Shown here: one piece after another, positions 15,001-26,760 of the stretch | How positions within the stretch are numbered: position 1 is the stretch's first letter | Layout: each line of letters opens with the position of its first letter | Source: Octopus bimaculoides | Taxonomy: Eukaryota | Length of the DNA stretch: 64,000 nucleotides | Assembly (NCBI RefSeq): GCF_001194135.2 | Contig: NC_069001.1 | Location: 3,784,527-3,848,526, forward strand | Direction of reading: 5' to 3' | Notes under the pieces: generated by a model | Seen by the model: the letters and a program-made list of their open reading frames with translations, nothing else | What the model was told of the DNA's origin: nothing | The model's database searches: none | Program-made: the position numbers and the translations under genes

Positions 15001-18000
15001 AAGAATAAACGAACGAAAGCATCTACGTACCTCCGTACGTACGAACGAACGAGCGAATGAACGTATGTATGTACGAACGAACGAACGTACGTACGTACGA
15101 ACGAACGTACAAACGAACTAACGAATGAAAACCATATCTTACGTACAAAATATCGTACGTACGTAATTACGTATTTACGATCGAACGAAAGTATGTACGA
15201 ACGTGCGATCGAACGAACGAACGCAAGAGCGACCGAAGGAACGTACGTTCGTATGAATGAAATAATGAACGAATGTACGTACATACGTGNNNNNNNNNNN
15301 NNNNNNNNNNNNNNNNNNNNNNNNNNNNNNNNNNNNNNNNNNNNNNNNNNNNNNNNNNNNNNNNNNNNNNNNNNNNNNNNNNNNNNNNNNNNNNNNNNNN
15401 NNNNNNNNNNNNNNNNNNNNNNNNNNNNNNNNNNNNNNNNNNNNNNNNNNNNNNNNNNNNNNNNNNNNNNNNNNNNNNNNNNNNNNNNNNNNNNNNNNNN
15501 NNNNNNNNNNNNNNNNNNNNNNNNNNNNNNNNNNNNNNNNNNNNNNNNNNNNNNNNNNNNNNNNNNNNNNNNNNNNNNNNNNNNNNNNNNNNNNNNNNNN
15601 NNNNNNNNNNNNNNNNNNNNNNNNNNNNNNNNNNNNNNNNNNNNNNNNNNNNNNNNNNNNNNNNNNNNNNNNNNNNNNNNNNNNNNNNNNNNNNNNNNNN
15701 NNNNNNNNNNNNNNNNNNNNNNNNNNNNNNNNNNNNNNNNNNNNNNNNNNAACGAACGAACGTACCTACGAACAAAATGAAGGAGCAAGTGAACGTGAGA
15801 ACGAACGTACGTACGAACGAACGAACGTACAAACGAACTAACGAATGAAAACAATATCGTACGTACGTAATTACGTATTTACGACCGAAGGAACGTACGT
15901 TCGTATGAATGAAATAATGAACGAATGTACGTACATACGTGCGTACGAACGAACGCACGAACGTACGAACGTACGTACGTACTTACGAACGTACGTACGT
16001 ATGAATGCACAAAAGAACAAACGAACGATCCAACGAACGAATGTACGTACATTCGTACAAAAGAACCAACGCATATACGTACGTACGTACGTACGAATGA
16101 ACGAACGAAAGAACGAACGTACGTACATACGTAAGTACGAACGACCGAACGAGCGAACGAACGTACGATTGCACAAAAGAACAAAGGAACGATCCAACGA
16201 ACGAACGTACTACGTACGCACGTACGTACAAACAAACCACGTATATACGTACGTACGTGTGTATGTACGAATGAACGAACGAAAGAACGAACGTACGTAC
16301 ATACGTAAGTACGAACGAACGAACGTACTTTAGCACGAACGAACGACGAAGGAACGTACGTACGAACGAACGAACAAGGAAACGAACGTATGTAAGTACG
16401 TACGTTCGTACGTACGAAAGAACGAACGATCGAACGCAAGAGCGACCGTAGGAACGTACGTTCGTACGAATGAAATAACGAACGAACGTACGTACCAACG
16501 ACCGAACGGACGGACGAACAAACGTATGTACGAACGAAAAAACGAACGCATGAACGAACGATCGAACGAACGAACGTAGGTACCTACGAACGAACGAAAT
16601 AACGAACGAACGTACGTACGTACGAATCACAAAAGAACAAACGAACGAACGTACGTGCGTACTTGCGTACGTACGTACAAATGAACCAACGTATATACGT
16701 ACGTACGTACGAATGAACGTACGTCGTTACGTAAGTACGAACGAATGAACGAACGTTCTTTCGTACGAACGAAGGAACGAACGTACGTACGTACGTACGA
16801 ATGAACGAACGATTCAACGTACGGACCAATGAACGAACGATCGAAGAAACAAAAGAAAGAACGATTGAAAGAACGATCGAACGAACGTACTTTCGTACGA
16901 ATATAAGAACGAACGTACGTACGTACGAATGAACGAACGAAAGAACGAACGAATGAACGTACGTACGTACGAATGGACCAATGAACGAACGATCGAACAA
17001 ACAAAAGAAAGAACGAATGTAAGTAGGTACGAAGGAAAGAACGAATGAACGAACAAACGAGGAAACGAACGTACATAAGTACGTACGTACGTAGGAACGA
17101 ACGAACGATCGAACGCAAGAGCGACCGTAGGAACGTACGAAATAACGAACGAACGTACGTACATACGTATGTACGAACGACCGAACGGACGGACGGACGG
17201 ACGGACGAACGAAGAAACGTACGTACGAACGAAAGAACGAACGCATGATCGAGCGATCGAACGAACGAAAGAACGTAGGAACGTACGTACCTACGAACGT
17301 ACGAACGAACGAACGGACCAATGAACGAACGATCGAAGAAACAAAAGAAAGAACGAATGAAAAAACGATCGTACGGACGAACAAACGAGGAAACGAACGT
17401 ACGTAAGTACGTACGTACGAAAGAACGAACGATCGAACGCAAGAGCGACCGTAGGAACGTACGTTCGTACGAATGAAATAACGAACGAACGTACGTACAT
17501 ACGTACGTACGAACGACCGAACGGACGGCTGGATGAACGAACAAATGTACGTACGAACGAACGATCGAACGAACGAACGTAGGAATGTACGTACGTACCT
17601 ACGAACGTATGTAAGTACCTATGAACGTACGTACGTACATACGAATGCACAAATGAACGTACGTACGTACATACGAATGCCCTAATGAATGATCCAACGA
17701 ACGAACGTACGTACGTAAGAATGAACGAACGATCCAACGAACGAATGAACGAACAAACGACGAACGAACGTACGTATGAACGAACGATCGAACAAACAAA
17801 TGAAGGAAGGACTGAAGGAACGAACGAATGTAAGTATGTACGTAGGTACGAACGAAAGAACGAACGAAGGAACGAATGAACAAACGAGGAAACGAACGCA
17901 CGTAAGTACGTACGTACGAAAGTACGCACGAACGTGCGTGCGTACATACGGACGGACGAAAGAATAAACGAACGAAAGCATCTACGTATCTCCGTACGTA

Positions 18001-21000
18001 CGAACGAACAAACGAATGAACGTATGTATGTACGAACGAACGATAGTACGTACGTACGAACGAACGAACGAAATGAAGGAGCAAGCGAACGTAAGAACGA
18101 ACGTAGGTACGAACGAACGAACGTACAAACGAACTAACGAATGAAAACAATATCGAAAGAACGAACGTACGTACATACGTAAGTACGAAGGAACGAACGA
18201 ACGAACGAACGAACGTACTTTCGTACGAAAGAAAGAAGGAACGTACGTACGTACGTACGTACGAATGAACGAACGAAAGAACGAACGAACGTACGTACGT
18301 ACGAATGGACCAATGAACGAACGATCGAACAAACAAAAGAAAGAATGATTGAAGGAACGAACGAATGTAAGTACGTATGTACGTAAGTACGTAGGAACGA
18401 ACGAACGATCGAACGCAAGAGCGACCGTAGGAACGTAAGTTCGTACGAATGAAATAACGAACGAACGTACGTACATACGTACGTACGAACGACCGAACGG
18501 ACGGACGAACGAACAAACGTACGTACGAACGAAAGAACGAACGTATGAACGAACGATCGAACGAACGAACGAACGTAGGAACGTACGTACCTACGAACGT
18601 ACCAACGAACAAAATAACGAACGAACGAACGTACGAACGGACCAATGAACGATCGATCGAAGAAACAAAAGAAAGAACGAATGTACAGACGAACAAACGA
18701 GGAAACGAACGTACGTAAGTACGTAAGCACGAAAGAACGAACGATCGAACGGAAGAGCGACCCTAGTAACGTACGTTCGTACGAATGAAATAACGAACGA
18801 ACGTACGTACATACGTACGTACGAACGACCGAACGGACGGCTGGATGAACGAACAAATGTACGTACGATCGAACGAACGAACGTAGGAACGTAGGAACGT
18901 AGGAACGTACCTACGAACGTACGTAAGTACCTATGAACGTACGTACGTACCTACGAACGTACGTACGTACCTACGAACGAACTAACGAAAGAACGTACGT
19001 ACATACGAATGTACAAATGAACAAACGAACAATCCAACGAACGAACGTACGTACGTAAGAATGAACGAACGAACAAACGAGGAAACGAACGCACGTAAGT
19101 ACGTACGTACGAAAGTACGCACGAACGTGCGTGCGTACGTACGGACGGACGAAAGAATAAACGAACGAAAGCATCTACGTATCTCCGTACGTACGAAGGA
19201 ACGAGCGAATGAACGTATGTATGTACGAACGAACGATAGTACGTACGTACGAACGAACGAACGAAATGAAGGAGCAAGCGAACGTAAGAACGAACGTACG
19301 TACGAACGAACGAACGTACAAACGAACTAACGAATGAAAACAATATCGTACGTACGTAATTACGTATTTACGATCGAACGAAAGTACGTACGAACGTGCG
19401 ATCGAACGAACGAACGCAAGAGCGACCGAAGGAACGTACGTTCGTATGAATGAAATAATGAACGAATGTACGTACATACGTACGTACGTACGAACGAACG
19501 CACGAACGAACGAACGTACCTACGAACGAACGTACGTACGTACGAATGCACATAAGAACAAACGAACGATCCAACGAACGAACGTACGTACATACGTACA
19601 AAAGAACCAACGCATATACGTACGTACGTACGAATGAACGAGCGAGAGAACGAACGTACGTACATACGTAAGTACGAATGAACGAACGAAAGAACGAACG
19701 TACGTACGTACGAATGGACCAATGAACGAACGATCGAACAAACAAAAGAAAGAATGATTGAAGGAACGAACGAATGTAAGTATGTACGTAGGTACGAAGG
19801 AAAGAACGAATGAAAGAACAAACGAGGAAACGAACGTACATAAGTACGTACGTACGTAGGAACGAACGAACGATCGAACGCAAGAGCGACCGTAGAAACG
19901 TACGTTCGTACGAATGAAATAACGAACGAACGTCCGTACGTAAGAAGGAACGAACGATCCAACGAACGAATGAACGAACAAACGACGAACGAACGTACGT
20001 ATGAACGAACGATCGAACAAACAAATGAAGGAAGGACTGAAGGAACGAACGAATGTAAGTATGTACGTACGTACGTACGAAAGTACGCACGAACGTGCGT
20101 GCGTACGTGCGGACGAAAGAATAAACGAACGAAAGCATCTATGTATCTCCGTACGTACGAACGAACGAGCGAATGAACGTATGTATATACGAACGAACGA
20201 ACGAAAGAACGAAATGAAGGAGCAAGTGAACGTAAGAACAAACGTACGTACGAACGAACGAACGTACAAACGAACTAACGAATGAAAACAATATCGTACG
20301 TACGTAATTACGTATTTACGATCGAACGAAAGTACGTACGAACGTACGAACATGCGATCGAACGAACGAACGCAAGAGCGACCGAAGGAACGTACGTATA
20401 AACGAACCAACGTATATACGTACGTACGTACGTACATACGTAAGTACGTACGAATGAACGTACGTACATACGAACGAATGAACGAACGTACTTTCGTACG
20501 AAGGAAGGAACGAACGTACGTACTTACGAATGAACGAACGATCCAACGTACGAAGGAAGGAACGAACAAACGACGAACGTACGAACGGACCAATGAACGA
20601 ACGATCGAAGAAACAAAAGAAAGAACGAACGTACAGACGAACAAACGAGGAAACAAAAGTACGTAAGTACGAAAGAACGAACGATCGAACGCAAGAGCGA
20701 CCATAGGAACGTACGTTCGTACGAATGAAATAACGAACGAACGTACGTACCAACGACCGAACGGACGGACGAACGAACGAACAAACGTACGTACGAACGA
20801 AAAAACGAACGCATGAACGAACGTAGGAACGTACGTACGTACCTACGAACGTACGATATAACGAACGAACGTACGTACGTACGAATGAACGAACGATCCA
20901 ACGTACGAAGGAAAGAACGAACAAACGACGAACGGACCAATGAACGAACGATCGAAGAAACAAAAGAAACAACGATTGAAAGAACGAACGTACGGACGAA

Positions 21001-24000
21001 CAAACGAGGAAACGAACGTACGTAAGTACGTACGTACGAAAGAACGAACGATCGAACGCAAGAGCGACCGTAGGAACGTACGTTCGTACGAATTAAATAA
21101 CGAACGAACGTACGTACGAACGACCGAACGGACGGGTGGATAAACGAACAAATGTACGTACGAACAAACGATCGAACGAACGAACATAGGAACGTACGTA
21201 CGTACGAACGTACGTAAGTACCTATGAATGTACGTACGTGCCTACGAACGAAAGAACGAACGTACGTACGTAAGCACGAACGAACGCTCGAAGGAACGTA
21301 CGTACGTACGAACAAACGAAGGTACGTACGAATGCACAAAAGAACAAACGAACGATCCAACGAACGAACGTACGTCCGCACATACAAACGAACCAACGAA
21401 TATACGTACGTACGTACGAACGTATGTACGTATGAATGAACGAACGAAAGAACGAACGTACGTACATACGTAAGTACCTACAACCGAACGAACGAACGTA
21501 CGTTAACACGAACGAACGCACGAACGATCGAACGAACGAACGTAGTAACGTACGTACGTATCTACGAACGAACGAACGAACGAACTAACGAACGAATGTA
21601 CGAATGCACAAAAGAGCCAACACACGATCCAACGAACGAACGTACGTACGTACGCACGTACGCACGTATTGAAGTACGTACGTACGTATGTACGTACGAA
21701 TGAACGAACGAAAGAACGAACGTACGTACGAACGAACGAACAAACGAGGAAACAAACGCACGTAAGTACGTACGAAAGAAAGAACGATCGAACGCAAGAG
21801 CGACCGTAGGAACGTACGTTCGTACGAATGAAATAACGAACGATCCAACCAACGAACGAACGTACGTACGTACTTGCGTACGTACGTACAAACGAACCAA
21901 CGTATATACGTACGTACGTACGAATGAACATACGTACATACGTAAGTACGAACGAATGAACGAACGTACTTTCGTACGAACGAAGGAACGAACGTACGTA
22001 CGTACGAATGAACGAACGATCCAACGTAAGAAGGAAAGAACGAACAAACGACGAACGGACCAATGAACGAACGATCGAAGAAACAAAAGAAAGAACGATT
22101 GAAAGAACGAACGTACGGACGAACAAACGAGGAAACGAACGTACGTAAGTACGTACGTACGAAAGAACGAACGATCGAACGCAAGAGCGACCGTAGGAAC
22201 GTACGTTCGTACGAATGAAATAACGAACGAACGTACGTACATACGTACGTACGAACGACCGAACGGACGGCTGGATGAACGAACAAATGTACGTACGAAC
22301 GAACGATCGAACGTAGGAACGTACGTACGTACCTACGAACGTACGTAAGTACCTATGAACGTACGTACGTACCTACGAACGTACGTACGTACCTACGAAC
22401 GTACGTACATACCTACGAACGTACGTACATACCTACGAACGTACGAACGAACGAACTAACGAACGATGAACTAGCGAACGAACGTACGTACATACGAATG
22501 CACAAAAGAACAAACGAACGATCCAACGAACGAACCAACGTATATACGTACGTATGTACGTACGTATGTACGTACGAATGAACGTATGAACGAACGATCG
22601 AACAAACAAATGAAGGAAGGACTGAAGGAACGAACGAATGTAAGCAAGTACGAAGGTACGAACAAAAGAACGAACGAACGAACGAACAAACGAGGAAACG
22701 AACGCCCGTACGTACGTATGTACGTACGAAAGAACGAACGAACGTGCGTGCGTACGGACGGACGAACGAAAGAATAAACGAACGAAAGCATCTACGTACC
22801 TCCGTACGTACGAACGAACGAGCGAATGAACGTATGTATGTACGAACGAACGAACGAAATGAAGGAGCAAGCGAACGTAAGAACGAACGTACATACGAAC
22901 GAACGAACGTACAAACGAACTAACGAATGAAAACAATATCGTACGTACGTAATTACGTATTTACGATCGAACGAAAGTACGTACGAACATGCAATCGAAC
23001 GAACGAACGCAAGAGCGACCGAACGAACGTACGTTCGTATGAATGAAATAATGAACGAATGTACGTACATACGTACGTACAAACGAACGTACGTACCTAC
23101 GAACGTACTACCGAACGTACGTACGTACGAATGCACAAAAGAACAAACGAACGATCCAACGAACGAACGTACGTACGTACGTACAAAAGAACCAACGCAT
23201 ATACGTACGTACGAATGAACGAACGTACTTTCGTACGAATGAAAGAACGAACGTACGTGCGTACGTATGAATGAACGAACGAAAGAACGAACGAACGAAC
23301 GTACATACGTACGAATGGACCAATGAACGAACGATCGAGCAAACAAAAGAAAGAACGATTGAAGGAACGAACGAATGTAAGTATGCACCTAGGTACGAAG
23401 GAAAGAACGAATGACCGAACGAACGAACCAACGTACTTTCGTACGAACGAAAGAACGAACGTACGTACGTACTTTAATACGAACGATCCAACGAACGGAC
23501 CAATGAACGAACGATCGAACAAACAAAAGAAAGAACGATTGAAGGAACGAACGAATGTAAGTATGTACGTAGGTACCAACGAACAAACGAGGAAACGAAC
23601 GTACGTAAGTACGAAAGAACGAACGATCGAACGAACGTACGGACGGACGGACGGACTAAAGAATAAACGAACGAAAGCATCTAAGTACCTCCGTACGTAC
23701 GAACGAACGAACGAGCGAATGAACGTATGTACGAACGAACGATAGTACGTAAGTACGTACGAACGAACGAAATGAAGGAGCGAGCGAACGTACGAACGAA
23801 CGAAATATCGTACTTACGTAATTACGTATTTACGATCGAACGAACGAACCAACGAGCGATCGAACGAACGTACGTACGAACGACCGAACGGACATACGGA
23901 CGACCGAACGGACTGACGGACGAACGAACGAAAGAACGTAGGAACGTACGTACGTACCTACGAAGGAGCGGACTAATGAACGAAAGTACGTACGTACGAA

Positions 24001-25531
24001 TTCACAAAAGAACAAACGAACGATCCAACGTACGCAAGGACGTACGTACAAACGAACCAACGTATATACGTTCGTACGTATGTACGTACGAATGGACGAA
24101 CGACGGACCAATGAACGAACGATCGAACAAACAAAAGAAAGAACGATTGAAGGAACGAACGAACGAACGAACGAACAAACGAGGAAACGAACGTACGTAA
24201 ATATGTACGTACGAAAGTACGAACGATCGAACGAACGAACGCAAGAGCGACTGTAATAACGTACGTTCGTACGAATGAAATAACGAACGAACGTACGTAC
24301 ATACGAACGACCGAACGCACGGAAGGACGAACGAACAAACGTATGTACGAACGAAAGAACTTACGCACGAATGAACGAACGAACGTAGGAACGTACGTAC
24401 GTAAATACGAACGTACGTACCTACGAATGCACAAAAGAACAAACGAACGATCCAGCGAACGAACGTATGTACGTACGCACGCACGTAAGTACGTATGTAC
24501 AAACGAACTAACGTATATACGTACGTACGTACGAATGAACGTACGTACGTATATACGTAAATACGAACGACCGAACGAACGTAGTACGAATGAACGAACG
24601 ATCCGACGAACGAATGAAAGAACGAACGAACGACGAACGAACGTACGTATGAACGAACGATCGAACAAACAAATGAAAGAACGAACGAATGTAAGTATGT
24701 ACGTAAGTACGAACGAAAGAACGAACGAACGTACGTACGTATGAAAGAACAAACGATCGAACGAACGAACGTACGTGCGTACGTACGTACGGACGAAAGA
24801 ATAAATGAAAGAAAGCATCTACGTACCTCCGTACGTACGAACGAACTAACGAATGAATTTACGTACGTACGAACAAGATATCGTACGTACGTAATTACGT
24901 ATTTACGATCGAATGAAAGTACGTACGTACGAACGAACGAGCGATCGAACGAACGAACGCAAGTGCGACCGTAGGAACGTACGTTCGTATGAATGAAATA
25001 ACGAACGAACGCACGTACATACGTACGTACGAACGACCGAACGGACGGCGAACGAAAGAACAAACGTACGTACGTAAGCATGAACAAACGCACGAACGTA
25101 CGTACGTACCTACGAACGAGCGTACGTACTAATGCACAAAAGAACAAACGAACGATTCAACGAACGAACGTACGTACGTACAAACGAACCAATGCATATA
25201 CATACGTACGTATGTACGTACGAATGAACGAACGAACGTACGTAAGTACGAACGAACGTACTTTCATACGAACGAAAGAACGAACGTACGTACGAATGAA
25301 CGAACGAACGAAAGAACGAACGAACGACGAATGGACCAATGAATGAACGATCGAAGAAACAAAAGAAAGAACGATTGAAGGAACGAACGAATGTAAGTAT
25401 GTACGAACGAACAAACGAGGAAACGAATGTACGTAAGTACGAACGAACGTAGGAGCGAACGAAAGCATCTACGTACCTCCGTACGTACGAACGAAGGAGC
25501 GAATGAACGTATGTACGAACGAACGATAGTA
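1..25531. repeat. Complex CpG-rich satellite array (ACGA/ACGT tetramer lattice with ~12 recurring landmark modules); begins before or at the window edge
   Basis: Continuous ACGA/ACGT/ACGG words. Recurring modules include GGACCAATGAACGAACGATCG, AAGCATCTACGTACCTCCGTACG, ATGAAGGAGCAAGCGAAC, TACGTAATTACGTATTTACG, GAGCGACCGTAGGAACGTACGTTCGTACGAATGAAATAACG (about 35 copies counted by eye, spacing ~250-1000 bp) and GAATGCACAAAAGAACAAACGAACGATCC. All copies are in one orientation. Two N gaps (12173-12714, 15290-15750). Confidence 0.97.
22321..22440. repeat. 20-bp tandem sub-array nested in the satellite (6 copies of ~GTACGTACGTACCTACGAAC)
   Basis: Exact 20-bp register over 22321-22440 with 0-2 substitutions per unit. 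Confidence 0.9.
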
Positions 25532-25696
25532 TATATATATATAAATATATATAAATATATATATATATAAATATATANNNNNNNNNNNNNNNNNNNNNNN
25601 NNNNNNNNNNNNNNNNNNNNNNNNNNNNNNNNNNNNNNNNNNNNNNNNNNNNNNNNNNNNNNNNNNNNNNNNNNNNNTATATATGTATTTATATAT

Positions 25697-25727
<31 letters not shown>

Positions 25728-25977
25728 CATACATACACACACATATATTCCAGTGATATTTACCATCGCTGTTGCAAGCAGGATTAATTCCATGGCATTA
25801 GATCTTCAGACTTGAAGTGTGCTAAAACTATGCTGAACCTGGACCCCTTGACTGACATGATATTCTACTTCTAATTGTTCTCGTATTTGTTTTCTATCTC
25901 TGTTTTGATTAATCACACATAATGTGTGGTATTTTGTTTCCCACTTCTGCAACGCATTGTCCTAATAATGGTATCTA

Positions 25978-26071
25978 ATCTAGGCACAGGGCCAGTAGTT
26001 CAGAATGTTGACCGTGGCATGATTTGAACTCAGACTATAAAGAAGTTGAAAAGTATGCGCTAATCACCTTG

Positions 26072-26107
<36 letters not shown>

Positions 26108-26760
26108 GTCCTTTCTACTATAGGCATAAGGCCTGAAATTTGAAGGAAAGTAGTAAATTGTCCCCAGTACTTGACTGGTACTTATTTCATTGACCCTCAA
26201 AAGGATGAAAGGCATAGTCAACCTTGGCGGAATTTGAACTCAGAATGTAAAGACAGATAAAATACTGCTAACCATTTTGCTTAGCATGCTAATGATTTCA
26301 CCAGTTTGCCGCCTTAACTTTGATAATAGTCCTTTCTACTGAAGGCATGAGGCCTGAAATTTGTGGGGAGGGGACTAGTTGATTATATTGACTCTAGTGT
26401 TTCACTGGTACTTAATTTATCTACCCTGAAAGGAAGAAAGGCAAGATTAATTTTGGCAGAATTTGAACTCAGAATGTAAGGAAAGGTGAGACACCACTAA
26501 GCATTTTGACCGGTGTGCTAAAGATTCTACCAGCTCACCACCATAACAGAAGGCTTTTGATGGGAGTAAATTAGTTGACACCATAAAACCCAGTACAAAA
26601 TTGATAATGTATTTTGTTGATTTTTGAAAGGATAAAATTGAAGTTGAACTCAGAACGTAAAGAGGCAAAACAAAAAAACTATTCGAATGCTCTAACAAAC
26701 CAAAAATATAAATGGCTAAGAGCTTACCCCTGGCAAAATTTGAACATGGAATCTGATGAA
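25978..26760 (-). mobile_element. Head-to-tail cluster of 4-5 tRNA-derived SINE copies (family N)
   Basis: B-box complement TTTGAACTCAGA recurs near 26025, 26232, 26461 and 26644. Best copy (about 26071-26318) reads on minus AAGGCGGCAAACTGGTGAAATC...GAGTTCAAATTCC...GCCTTTCATCCTTTTGAGGGTCAATGAAATAAGTACCAG...(ATT)n. The central part resembles the Deu/Nin SINE domain (from memory, unverified). Confidence 0.8.

Noticed and set aside
430-25468. Dozens of long ORFs (up to 547 aa gap-free, 955 aa across a gap) in the satellite
   Set aside because: (TTCG)n and (TACG)n lack stop codons in all frames, so ORFs appear in overlapping frames with RTYV/RSFV low-complexity text; there is no domain signal.
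1-25531. Telomeric or CRISPR interpretation of the satellite
   Set aside because: No TTAGGG-type repeat is present; the spacers are the same tetramer lattice, not unique sequence; no cas genes; eukaryotic context.
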